DNA from: Lama guanicoe
Lineage: Eukaryota
Direction of reading: 5' to 3'
Assembly (NCBI GenBank): GCA_013239625.1
Contig: MU055415.1
Span: forward strand, 3,940,011 to 4,004,010
DNA length: 64,000 nt
In this document: one piece after another, positions 23,635-36,430 of the stretch
How the letters are laid out: the number at the start of each line of letters is the position of its first letter
Position numbering within the stretch: the first letter of the stretch is position 1
Notes under the pieces: model-generated
Told to the model about the DNA's origin: nothing
What the model saw: the letters and a program-made list of their open reading frames with translations, nothing else
The model's database searches: none
Translations under genes and position numbers: made by a program

Positions 23635-25409
23635 CTTACAGTAGCTGTTAATGGAGAAGGCAGTTCGAATTACAGAGAAGAAAGACTTGTCCCCAGTCAC
23701 AGGGCTGGTTGTCTGGGGAGATGGGTTTCTGATGTAAGATGCTGCTGTTGAAGGGTCTTACACTCTGATCTGTCCACATTTCCTGTGCTTTCAGCTGTAT
23801 TATGTCCAAAGGGAAACAAAATCTGGCTGCTTTTTAGTTGTTTCACCACTTCCATTTTTTTAAAGTAAGCATATACTTTCCTAAGAAGGTTTCTGTGACC
23901 ATTGACTCTTGGTTAGACAGGATTTTTCTTCTGTTTTTGTTTATTTGGTGCGTGTCTTTGTTTTTAATCCACACATCATCTCTCTAATTACCTTTTATTG
24001 TAATCATGATCTCTTTTTCTTGTAGTCCCATTGTTGTTCTAGTGACATGGGTTTCATCTGCTGAGCACAGGAAAAAGGTTTTAATAGACAGAATTAACCC
24101 TGGAGTGGTTACTCTGGATTTCAAAGAGGCAGTTGATGCTTCTAGACTATGAGGGCTGAAAGAGCTGAGCATGCTGTGTGTAATAATGAAGGTGGTTTGG
24201 GAAGATTTTTGTGCTCTTAATTAGGAATGAGATGAGGTGGCCTTCTGTCAGCAGGAGGCTCAGGACACGGGCCTGTAATTGCAGTGATATAATGGGATTA
24301 CTCAAACTTGAGCCGTTGCCCACACTGAAGGGGGCTCAGCACCTCCTCTACACACCTGCACTAGTGCAGGGTGGGACGTGTTGTAGTGGGATGTTTTGTA
24401 GAATTGATTGTATAATTTGGAGGATTTTTTTTTTCCTTCCTCCTTCCCTTCTCCCGCATGTGTATTTACACAGTGGAGAAGAAGAACATAAAAATACTTG
24501 CATCTCTCAACATTGTGCGTCGAATGGAAGGGCCTTTGAGGGTTGTCTTGCATAGGAGCCAGTGTATTCAGGATGCTCTAAATAATGTCCAGAATAAATT
24601 TTTGTACTTTGGCAAGCACTTGGTGTAGTTGCCTAATATTACAGCTCATAAATGTTTACTAAGATAAAGTATTATTAGTGATTGTAAATTTCTCCCAGGT
24701 ATAGGGATAGATATTGAGCAGATATTATTAAATGCAATGAGTGTTTGAAAGCACGTACAGAGCTTTGAATGCATTTTAATTTCAAAGTAAGAGCAGGTTT
24801 GAGTTAATGAAGCACCAGGGATCTTATGTGAGCCACCAAAAAAAAGTAATCTCTCTCTCTCTCCGTCTTTATCATCCATTCACAAAACTGTTAGTATGCA
24901 TTTACTAGGTAATGTGTAAGGTCCTGCGACTGTACCAGGACTGAAAAGACAGAACGCTTGCCTTTTCAGAGTTTATGTCTTCATGTCAGAAGCAGGCTTG
25001 CCACAAAACAGTTTATCTCCAGTTAAAAACCAAGAGTTTGGATACATTAAAGAAGAAACAAAGAATTCCAGTCTGGGAATAGACTATGCTTTGTGCAGAA
25101 TATTGAAAACAAAATAATGACAAAGAACAAGACTGATTTTAATAGGCAGAGGAGGACAAGCCAGCATTCCAGGGTGAGAAAACAGGGAAAGCAGAGGGAT
25201 GGGAGCATTTTAAGGAAACTGTTTGTTCCGGCCGAAGAGGACAATATAAAGAGGGGACTAAGTTTTGCAGCTGGAGATGAAAGGCTGGGCCAGATTGGCA
25301 AAGCCTTGCATGTATCATCAGGAGCTAGAATCGAATTCCATGAATAGAAGGAAAACTTGGTATAACCAATTCAAAACCAAACCAAAACCACTTGGACAAG
25401 ACAATACAG

Positions 25410-25600
25410 CACAGTAATGGTTAAAAGCGCAGGCTCCCCCAAAGTTTCAAACTTAGGCTTTTGTTTCTTGTTTAAGTTTGAGAAAGTTATTTAATGTCTC
25501 TGTGCCTCAGTTCCATCATCTCTAAAAATAATACGTCCTTCATGCTATTGTCATAAAGATTAAATTAAATGTCTATAAAGCCGTTAGTATAGCACCAGGC
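25410..25600 (+). mobile_element. MIR SINE
   Basis: atggttaaaagcgcaggctc…aagttatttaatgtctctgtgcctcagttcc…gattaaat. Confidence 0.75.
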
Positions 25601-27189
25601 TATAATTCTGAACTGGTATTGCTCTTCTTTTTCTGCTTGTTTTCTTTGCCACATAAGGTAAAAGAACGTTAAGCTCCTAATGTCTTCATGGAAGTAGGCT
25701 AGAAAGTAACACGTTTTATTCAGGGTCTTTTTGAGCCTTACTATCTGCTAGGGCTTATGGAAAATGTAACACAAAGATGACTAAGATACCAACAGGTAAG
25801 TAAGAAATTGTACTGCCATATGTTAGTGCTATCATGCAGACTCTTTTTAAAGTGCTTTTGGAGCATGAACTGGTGGATACACTCTAAGAGCTTATAGTCC
25901 AAAGAACACATTCACATTGTCTTATGGTATAGTTAAGAAAATTGGACATAACCCAGCACATTAATGGACAATAGGGAATTTATATTTTGTGGAAACAAAA
26001 AATTCAAGTCAGGATTGATACCTTAAATGTAAAAGTGCAGTGAGGGCTAGGAGAATCGTAAGCCCATTCTCGAATGACAGAGGGTATAAAGAGGAACTCA
26101 GTTTATCAGTTTCATCTCGGAAAACTTCCTGGGGAAGGTGGGGTTCTAATGCTATTGAAAAGCCTAACAAATAAAATATCTGACAGATAAGATGAGAAAA
26201 AAAGCATGTCCTGACCTTAGGAATTCTGGCACTGTTTTGAAGAAGGCAGAGGGTTCCAGTAACAAATGAAGAGGTGAGGAAAATCTGAGACTGTATCTTA
26301 AAGAAGATTTGAAAAGACAAAGTGGGCAGAGAAGATGGGCGTGGGTAGGGCTGGGGTGTGGGGGGCGCCCTAGTGCATGGCTTAGGCTCAAAGTAATAAA
26401 GTCTGGATTTTCAGACTGACCTGGAAGGCAAATAAATGATTATCCTGGAAACAGAGGGAAGTGCTTGCTGATAATGGACTCTGTGGTAAGGAGAAGTCTG
26501 TGATAGTTTGGGGAAGAGAGAGACTTCAGTACAAGGGGAAAAGACAAGGATACTAGCATATATTAAGCACTTACTGTGTCCCAGGCATGATGCTAGATAC
26601 ATTCTATAATTCGTCTCATTTCATTCTCACATTAATTCTGTGAGGCAGGTAAATTTCTCCCTTTACAGGCAGGAAAACTGAGGTTCAGATGAAACGACTC
26701 CATCCAGATCACAGGTCAGTCAGTTATTGAGAATTAAGAAATCCAACCAAAATAGTCAAAATCGGATAGTTTAAATTCCTTGTTTTGACTAAATTACACC
26801 ACTATCTTTCATCCATCCGTTCACTCAGTAACTAATCACCCAGTGCTGACTGTGGGCAAGACTCACTGTGTTGACCTTCTTGCTCTACACCTACTAGCTG
26901 TCTGATCTCGGAAGAGCCACTTTTCTGTGACCATTTTCTAAACTTAAATAGGCTTGTGTGAGGATTGACTGCTGGAATATTTGCAAAGATGTCAGCGCTG
27001 ATACAAAGTGGCCACTCAATCTGTTAGTTGAATTCAAATTTATATTTCAACAATTACCAGGTAATTACAAACTCTTCTTATCTATTCCCCAAGGACACAT
27101 AAGAATCAGTATTTGGCATCATTTTATTCATTTTTTTTTCAGTTTGTGTACAATACTGTAATGATGATGAAGATATTGATGATAATAAT

Positions 27190-27450
27190 GTTAATAATAA
27201 TAGCAGCAACCTTTTATTGAGCATATACTGTGTGCCAGGACCTGTGTTAAGTTCAATGCTTTATATAATTTCATTTAATCCTCAGCAGAAGTACATGAGT
27301 TAGAACTCTTCCCATGCCTATTTTATGCATGAAAACTCAGGCTCAGAAGGTTAAGTGACTTTGCGAAGATTGTGCAGCCAATGAATGGCAGACCAGGATC
27401 TCAAATATTGGGATGTCTTTAACGACAAGCCACATGCTCTTAATCATTAG
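27190..27450 (-). mobile_element. MIR SINE
   Basis: ttattgagcatatactgtgtgccagg…tcatttaatcctca…ggctcagaaggttaagtgactt. Confidence 0.8.
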
Positions 27451-29719
27451 GTGTTACGGCCTTATTGTTTAACAGAATGTTTTTTGCGTCAGAGCTGTCA
27501 GGAATTCAGAACATTTTGCTCCCATCTAGCCTGAATTAGCGAACTTTCACTCAAATTTACGCTCTTTGCTGTTGGTTACTGGTATTCTAAATGCCTTTAC
27601 TTAAAGAAGGTGGTTCCATCCTCTTCCTTAATTGGAAGAAAGAAGTGGTTTTGCTGCACACTCATAGACATCCCAAGGCACACATCTACTGAAACTGATT
27701 TGCTTGGACAGAAAATGTGAGATTCAGTTTCTTCTCGGTTGGGGAACATTTTTCTTAACAGCATTCAGTGGTAGTCTTTCTCTCTTTCTCTCGCTACGCT
27801 ATCCAGGGATAATGAGTGTAGGGCTGATTTTCGACACGTATCTTGGAAAGACTAAAATAGAACAAAGAGCACTGAGATGAGATCAAGAAAGAAGAGATTG
27901 GTATCAAGGCTGGGGCATGAGGTAGAGAAGGGGGAGTTGTGTGGACTTTTGTTGTTTTAGGTTTTACACATTTCGAATTTGAGATTGAAAGTAAAAAGGG
28001 AAAGCAATGGAAGGGGGCCATTTAGTTTGCAGAAAGTCAGGATGGTAATTAAAATGATTAGAGGAGGAAGAAAAAATAACTAACAGCTCACATTCATTGA
28101 TGGCTTATGATATGCTGTGCAAAGCATTCAATGTGTTAGTAACTCATTTGGTCCTCTCAACACATGTGTGAAGCAAGTAGTATGATCACTGCTTGATAGA
28201 TGAGAAATTGAGTTTTCGGGCAGTGAAATGATCTGCAAAAGGTCACACAACCAGTGAAGCCAGAATGAGGCCATTTCTAACTAACCTTAGTGTTTTACCA
28301 CTGACTACCATCTTGACCCTCAGAATGAGTCAAAACTGAAGGTCCAGAAGCAGCCCCTGTGCCTCATGGGCCCTGGCTGCACCTGCTCCAAATCCCCACC
28401 TTGAGATCATGCATCCTAATTTTCAGACTTGGGATAACACGTATTCATTGATAATGAAAAAACTTGGCCTTAGGCATTTGGCAGTTGTTTCTAGCTGTGT
28501 AATTTTCAGCAAGATGCTTTCCTGAAGCTTTTCGTCTTCATCTCTAAAATGGAGGAACATAATATGAAGATTGTCTCAAATGAATGCAGGACTTTTCCAT
28601 GGTGTCTTGTACTTGATGAGTGTTCTTAACATTATATAAAATAATATCATGATTTTAACACAATACCTGGCTCCCAGAAGGTGCTCAGCAAATGGTGTCT
28701 ACACACTTGACATCGTGGTCCTTAGCCCCTGACTCTGAGAAAATTCACAGGCTCATACAATGACATCCATGCTTCCACCAAAGAGATAGGCCATCTGTCC
28801 TTACTAATAATCACCTTCCCAAGACAAGTTCTTGTATGTGACAATGCTATAGAAAGCTGCTTAAAATAACATCTTTATTAAATAAAAGCTGTATGCCTTT
28901 AGAGGGATAGCAGCGCACATTGTATAATCCTCTACTTTTCATATTGAAATTCAGCTCCCAGACCTTGCAAAAGGAATTCAGAGGCATCTTAACATGGAGG
29001 ATGACCTTCACATTTTCGTAAAATAAATGATTAATGTGGGGACCATTAATTCCACCCATACTCTATTCCCCAAACAGCTTTATCCATCCTGAAAAAGGCC
29101 TTTTACTTTCAAGGATAAATGATACATAGTTTTAATACAATTATGAACAATCAGGTATGTAATTTATATTTGCTATCATAATAAAATACATAATTAAACA
29201 TCACTCCATAATTAATCAAGGCATTAAAACCCAAAAGTGGCAAAAAGCTACTCTCCAGCAGCATCCTGAGTCAGAGAGAGTATTTATAAATAGTCTTAGG
29301 ACATTTTCATTCCTGTTTTATTTCCTCCAAGTGTCATTGGATAGGTCAGTCTTGATTATATACTGCATTTGGATATGTGTTTTAAGAGGAGTGATCAAAG
29401 GTTGCTTACCTAAGCTTTTCAGATAAAATGTAAGGAGCCAAAAGTTTAGCTCACATATAGTGCTGATCTATTTCAAAATAATCAAATAGAATGGATTTTA
29501 CCAGAGATACCAATAAGTTAGTCCAACTTTGTGCCTCAATTTGTGCATCAAAATCCTATAGTGGATAAAATAGAGAATAAGCCATTTTTTTTATGGCTGT
29601 GCAGCAATGGTAAAAATAGAAATTTCAGATTTGCCTGCACGCCTTACAGATTTTGTTAGCTCTGACCAGCAAGGAGTTAAAACAGGCTGCACTGAATACT
29701 TTATAACCGATGATGATTA

Positions 29720-29870
29720 CAATAAATTAATGAGTAAACATTTGCCAGGGCCTATGTGGTACACTTGAGATAGACCCACCTAGTTAATCTTCACCATCGT
29801 CCTGTAAGTTAAGTATTGTTATTCTTGGGTTATGGATGAGGAAACTGAGGCATAGAGGAGTTAGACGATC
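29720..29870 (-). mobile_element. MIR SINE fragment
   Basis: ttatggatgaggaaactgaggcatagaggagtt. Confidence 0.7.
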
Positions 29871-31339
29871 TATCAGAGCGTGATCTCTTAGAGGTTAAAA
29901 AAAAGGAGGGAAAACTGAAGAACACAGTAAGAATGGCATGTGATTGATTTTTCTGCATGTGTGAAAGATGGGTGTTCTCTTAGAACTGGCTGGGGTTTGC
30001 TATTGAAGCTAGCGTTGATACCATGATACCACGATAAAGAGGACTTGCACATATTAGATGTTCTATACCATTGAATGAAGTTGAAAGTTCCCAGCAGGCT
30101 CTCAGCTAGTTTCCTCCTGGAGGAGTCAGGATGTTTGAGTTGATGTTTATACCAAAGGATAAAAACCTCTATTACTGTCAGGCAGGAGGATGGATAAATG
30201 CAGAGGAAAGGCTCACTGAGCTGCCCTCATCAGGGATAATCGTATTCCTTCCTTATTTTCAAGTAATGCCCCATGTGATAGCTGATGTCAGCAGGCATTG
30301 AGTGAGTGTAGTTCTGAAAACCTGTGACTGAACCCTGCAGGGAGTTTGCTAAGTGTGGAGGCTCCTCAGAACACACAGGCAGTCTGAGAACAGTGGATTG
30401 GACTTGACTGGGTCTATCTCATGTTCCTGTGACTACTTCAGGTGTCTTTGGGGTGCATGTAATTGTCAGGGTGCATTGCATGTCTGGCTCTCTTTGGAGT
30501 CTGTTGTTGTGCTACCACAAAACAGCTCTGCCTCTTTGTTTTAACCCCATTGGGTGGTGACATCCTTCAGATATATCATCTATGCTTAGAACCCTTCTAC
30601 CTTTGCTTCTCTCTCTCTCTCTTTTTTTTTTTTTTTCTGGAAGGCTCTTAACTATTCCTTAAGATGCAAGTCAAGTATCACTGTGGCCCTAGTAGTTCCA
30701 TTGACTCCATGCTCTGTGCTACACTCCTTTTATACCTGCAGACTCGGGTGGTGGCCCGATGGTTACAGGTAAGGAGAGACAGAGGACTGAGCCAGGCCTG
30801 AGGGTCTTGCATGGGAGAGTGGATCCAGGGCTAAGACATCTGACAGCAGGAAGCAGATCCAGTTAAGGAGGCAGTGACCTCTGAGCCTGCTAAGGGCACG
30901 CATTCATCAGGACTTAATGTCAGGCACTGTGTCAGTTAGTGGAGATTAAAAGACTTACTTCTAGTCTTCAAAGAGCCTAGACAAGGAGAAACCTTAGACA
31001 GAGGAGGGTGAGTTCCAGAAGTTATTATCTTGGAGGTAGCCTGTTGACCCCACATACTGGGCTGTGCTTCCGTCATGGAACTCCAGTCCTTGGACAGAGG
31101 TCACTAGAGGGAAATGCTGGGAACTGGAGTGGAGGAGAATGATTGGTAAACTAAAGCTTAAAACCATGGGGCTTCTCCTGGGGCAGGTCTTCAGGTGGTG
31201 ATAGAGCAAACTCAGAGCAGTCAGTTTGGAAGGATGGCTGGTACCCAGCTCTGTTGCATGGGGCCTGAGGCAGTTGAAAACACTCTGTTGTATGTCCCTG
31301 TTGAACTGGAATCTGTTTTTTCCCTTAACTTTGTCAGTT

Positions 31340-31500
31340 AGTGTCTGTACTACGTCAGGCAATTCTCTTAACTTCAGCAGCCTAGGTTGCTTCATCTAAA
31401 ATGAAGATTAATAACAATTACTTCTTCAGGTTATTCTGAGAGTTAAATGGACACTTAACTCATTATGCAGTGTCTGGTGTACAGTGAGGTCTCAGTTCAT
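31340..31500 (+). mobile_element. MIR SINE fragment
   Basis: caggcaattctcttaacttc…cttcatctaaaatgaagattaataac…gagagttaaatg. Confidence 0.65.
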
Positions 31501-33249
31501 GGTGATGTCACCATCATCATCACTATTACCATCACCACTGCAGCCATAAATATTGTTGTCACCTTTTATGGAACAAAGTTTTTTTTTTAAGAGATCTTGC
31601 TATTTTATTAGATTAAAAAAGATAAAACCAATAGGAACTAGGGGGAAAGATGGGGAAAGAAAAACAGAGAAGGGCTGAACAAAGCTCAGCCATGACACAG
31701 GCGAGAAGCAGGGAGAGGGGGAACATTCAGAGCCCTGAGTCAAGGCAGGAAAGAGGTTTCTAAAGACTAAACATCCCTTCATTTGATGACAATTTTCTGA
31801 CGCAAGGTTTGGGACCCCGAGCCTTTAGCTGGACCCCGCTATAGGGTGCTAGAGATTGCAGATGCAGAAACAGAAATTCACACCTTCCTCCGTGATAGCA
31901 CTTACATCTAAACTTTATGTCAGTGCTGTGGAAATTCTACTTGTCTGTCTTGAACTTGTAAGTTCAAGTACACGATATCTGGCATTTTCAGGTTTTGTTG
32001 AACAAAAGAATGACTCAGCCAGGAAAAAAAAAAAGTGCAAAAATGTTTCCAAAACCAGTCTATAGTTTGTTCATTGATACTTACTGAGGCCTTTAAAATT
32101 ATGTCAAGGAAATATTAAACAATTGTGGCATAATAGTGATACGTGAAATGTGGCACTGTGTGCTTTGTGGCACTGTAATACTGTGGATGCTTAGTTCAGA
32201 GCTGTTGAACATGACCTTAAGCTCTCTGCACCCCTAGCCAACCCAAGATTCTCCATCCACCCACCTTTTATTTATTTCCTCCACTCTAATCTGAGAGTGA
32301 ATAAGATAAAAAGCACATCACAGATGTTTTCTAATTTATCCTAAATGGTGAGAGAGTCACTGTCTATTTTCTCATTGTAATTAACTGAATCAGCGTATAA
32401 CTGAGATCCATATGGTCCATTGATTTCAATTTTATTTGTCATAAATGTTGTCCATTTTGGGTAGATTTCTAGCTCTAGTAGTCGTAAGACGGTATCTGTC
32501 TACCTTGTTATTTTCTGAAACTATGATGTATGTCCACAGAGCCAGCAGATTTGTATTCATGAACATCAGCATGTAAGGGGCTGTTGTGTCAGGAACACTG
32601 AAAATGTGATAAATATTAATTTCTCAACGGATATTTTGTCAAGAATTTTTAGAATAAGCATTTCATGTTTCTGTTTTTGCCCTTGGAGTCTTCTAAATGA
32701 TAGAAATAAAAGTCAGTGATCTTTAACAGGGTCTTGCTCCATGTTTGGAGGTCTGCCAATATTTTATTTTTCTACATGGTGCGATTCTACTCTTGATTAT
32801 TAAAGAGCTGTGTTTTCTGCCTTTTTACTGCATAGCTCTGGTTTTCATACGTAAATGGAACCAAGGGTATGCATTTATTTGATTTTAATTTTAGAAGTCA
32901 GTACTCACTATTTTTAAGTACAAAGACGCAAGAAAATGGCTTTCTATAAGGAAAATAATAGGAGCAACATTCTAAAGAACTTTACTATGATATACATAAG
33001 CTCTTAGGAGAAAAAAATCCTTAAAGTTTAAACGTTTGAGAGAAATGATGGTTCACATAGTGGAGTCGTTGTTTGGCGTCTTCTGTCCTGTTTGGAGTGA
33101 GCTGCCAAAGGATCCATCTAAATTGAGCAACTTTTCAGTCACAAGGCTCCCATCTCTGGCAAAAACCCCTCCTTTTGGTCCGTGGATATTTGAAAATGGA
33201 ACTTGAAATGTTCATGAGGTGCGGGGGTTGAAGCCAGCACCTCCATGAT

Positions 33250-33430
33250 GGAAGGCGTGGGTTTGAATCCCTGATGCGCCACCACTAACCAGCCACATGA
33301 CTTGGATTGAGTCACTTAACCTCCTCTCATTCTCACTGTTTCCTTTTATAAAATAGAGTTTAACAGTACCTAACTCACAGGGTTTTTGTGAGGATTAACA
33401 AAAGCAACATGTGAGAGTGCTCAGCCACCA
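33250..33430 (+). mobile_element. MIR SINE
   Basis: gggtttgaatccc…tgacttggattgagtcacttaacctc…acagtacctaactcacagggtttttgtgaggattaa. Confidence 0.8.
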
Positions 33431-34293
33431 GGACTCAGGAAATGGGTGCTTCCAACTTGGGAGTTTCCAGTCTAGTCTCTGCCACTTGTGTACTGTATGA
33501 TTTTTCTGGTCTCCTTTTTCTGGTCTATAAACAGATAGCACCACATTAACTAACCTCTCAGGTTACTTGAAAGATCTACCAAGACACAATTCGAATTCTC
33601 TGGTGCAGAAAGAAAAGCTGTGGTCTGCTTGTATGGTCCGTACTCTGTGTTTGCCTCTGAACATCCTGGTGAGCAGAGGGAGGAGGTGTAACACATGTAC
33701 AATACGCAGTTTTCAGAGAATCAGGGAGAGAAGATTGATTGCGTTAAAACTAAATTCAACATGTTTATCTTGAGTGGTTCAGAAAGCAATTTGGGGATGT
33801 GGCTTCAAAGCTGGCACTGATAAGGAGGTAGAAAGAGAAGAGATTTGGGTTAGGAACCTCACTAAATGATCCTTAGTCCTCCCTCGTTAAGTGGCATTGG
33901 CGAAGCAATCAGTTTGTGAAGTCTTATTTTCCTTCTCTTTAAACTGAAACAAAGATTGCAAATTTGTTGTAAAGAGTAGACATGGTGCACATAGAAAATA
34001 GAATATGTATGTGTGAAACACATTGTATGTACTTGAGGAGTGTTACTTTCCTTTATTATCCTGTTCACTTCCCTGTAACTGGCCCTTACGATTTCCCTAC
34101 CAACAATTTCACTTTTACTTCATAAAAGGGCTTCACCAAAGGAAACACAAAAAGGTTGAGACTGTACACTTGATATTAAGGTAGAGCGATGTGGCCCGGA
34201 AAATTCTGTGGAGGAGAGAGAAACACTGACATAGAGGGCCCTTCTAAGTCCTGCAGCGACTGATTCCTCCCCATTGCTGAATGGCTGTTCTAT

Positions 34294-35929
34294 TTTTTTT
34301 TTTATTGAAGTATAGTCAGTTTACAAAGTTGTGTTAATTTCTGGTGTACAGCATAGTGATTCAATTATACATATATATTCCTTTTCATATTCTTTTTCAT
34401 TATAGACTATTACAGGATATTGAATATAGTTCTCTGTGTTATACAGTAGGACCTTATTTATCTATTTTGTATATAGTAGTATCTGCAAATCCCAAACTCC
34501 CAATTTATTCCTCCACCCTCTCCAGTCCCTTTCTCCTTTGGTAACCATAAGTTTGTTTTCTATAAGTCTGCTTCTGTTTTGTAGATTAGTTCATTTGTGT
34601 CTTTTTTTTTTTAAGATTCCACATACGTGATACGATACGGTATTTTTCTTTCTCTTTGTTTTACTTCACTTAGTATGACCATCTATAGGTCCATTCATGT
34701 TGTTGCAAATGGCATTATTTTATTCTTTTTTAAGGCTGCTAGTACTCCATTGTATGGAATATACAACTTGTTTATCCGCTCATCTATCTGTGGACCTTTA
34801 GATAGTTTCCATGTCTTGGCTACTGTGAATAGTGCTGCTATGAACATTGGGATGCATATATCTTTTCGAATTAGAGTTTCCNNNNNNNNNNNNNNNNNNN
34901 NNNNNNNNNNNNNNNNNNNNNNNNNNNNNNNNNNNNNNNNNNNNNNNNNNNNNNNNNNNNNNNNNNNNNNNNNNNNNNNNNNNNNNNNNNNNNNNNNNNN
35001 NNNNNNNNNNNNNNNNNNNNNNNNNNNNTCCAGCATTTATCATTTGTGGACTTTTTAATGGTGNNNNNNNNNNNNNNNNNNNNNNNNNNNNNNNNNNNNN
35101 NNNNNNNNNNNNNNNNNNNNNNNNNNNNNNNNNNNNNNNNNNNNNNNNNNNNNNNNNNNNNNNNNNNNNNNNNNNNNNNNNNNNNNNNNNNNNNNNNNNN
35201 NNCCTTTTTTGGATTTTTTTTTTTTGTCATTGATTGTATGAGCTGTTTGTATATCCTGGAAATTAAGCCCTTGTCAGTTGCATTGTTTGCAGATATTTTC
35301 TCCCATTCCTTTGCTGTGCAAAAGCTTATAAATTTAATTAGGTCCCATTTGTTTATTTTTCCTTTTATTTTTATTGCCTTGGTAGACTGCCCTAGGAGAA
35401 CATTGCTAAGATTTATGTCAAAGAACATTTTGCCTCTGATTTCTTCTATAAGGTTTATAGTATCTTGTCTTATGTTTAAGTCTTTAAGCCATTTTGAGTT
35501 TATTTTTGTGAATGATGTGAGGGATTGTTCTAACTTCACTGATTTACATGCAGCTGTCCAGCTTTCCTAACCACTTGCCAAAGAGACGGTCTTTTCTCCA
35601 TTGTTATTTTCTTGCCTCCTTTGCCGAAGATTAATTGACTGCAGGTGTGTGAGTTTATTTCTGGGCTCTTTATTCTGTTCCATTGATCTATACATCTGTT
35701 TTTGTGCCAATACCACACTGTTTTGATTACTATAGCTCTAGTGTTGTCTGAAGTCTGGGAGGGTTATTCCTCCAGCTTTGTTGTTTTTCTTCAGTACTGC
35801 TTTGGCAATTCTGGGTCTTGTTTGAGTCCATATAAATTTTAGGATTATTTGTTCTAGTTCTGTGAAAAATGTCCTGGGTAATTTGATAGGGATTGCATTA
35901 AAGCTGTAGATTGCTTTGGGTATTATGGC
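34294..35929 (-). mobile_element. 5'-truncated young LINE-1 (ORF2 C-terminal part + 3'UTR) with perfect 17-bp TSD
   Basis: Poly-T then ttgaagtatagtcagtttac; minus-strand ORF2 peptides [43 protein letters not shown]; TSD ctgaatggctgttctat at 34277-34293 and 35930-35946; frameshifted; N blocks 34882-35028 and 35064-35202. Confidence 0.95.
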
Positions 35930-35979
35930 CTGAATGGCTGTTCTATGAATCATGCACTCTGATTAATGCTCTGGTTTGC

Positions 35980-36430
35980 AGAGAATGGAAGAGGGCCCAG
36001 GGAAGAATCATGGAGATATAAAAGAAAAAGGCTTTTTAGGGGAAGTGCAGGCAATAATATTGCTGGAACATAATGTGCAAGGAAAGGGATGGAAGGACCT
36101 GAACAGAAAGCAGGAACGCCTTACAAATGGTGAGTCATCAGAGGATTTTAAACTCCAGAGTGACGTGATCAGATTAGCAGTGAGATCATTCTGTCAGCAG
36201 TGTGGAGGATGAATTGAAGGAAGGTGAGACTGTAGACTTAAGATCAGCCAGGACCTTGCTTCGGACATCTACTGAGAAATGACAAGGCCCTGAACCAAGG
36301 TAGCAGCACAGAGGAAAAGCTGGTTTGCGAGATAGTTTAGGCATTAAAATTGACAGACCTGACCAGTGCCTGGATACAGGAGGTGAAACAAAGCTGGCAT
36401 CCACGATAACTCTCAGGGTTCCAATTTGGC
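35980..36430 (-). mobile_element. L2 fragment
   Basis: gagtgacgtgatcagattagcagtgagatcattctgtcagcagtgtggagga…ggccctgaaccaaggtagcagc. Confidence 0.65.

Noticed and set aside
34627-35953. Long ORFs spanning N-blocks, and L1 ORF2 peptides
   Set aside because: Length is inflated by Ns; the real parts are frameshifted fragments of a truncated L1 (same for 52172-53330)
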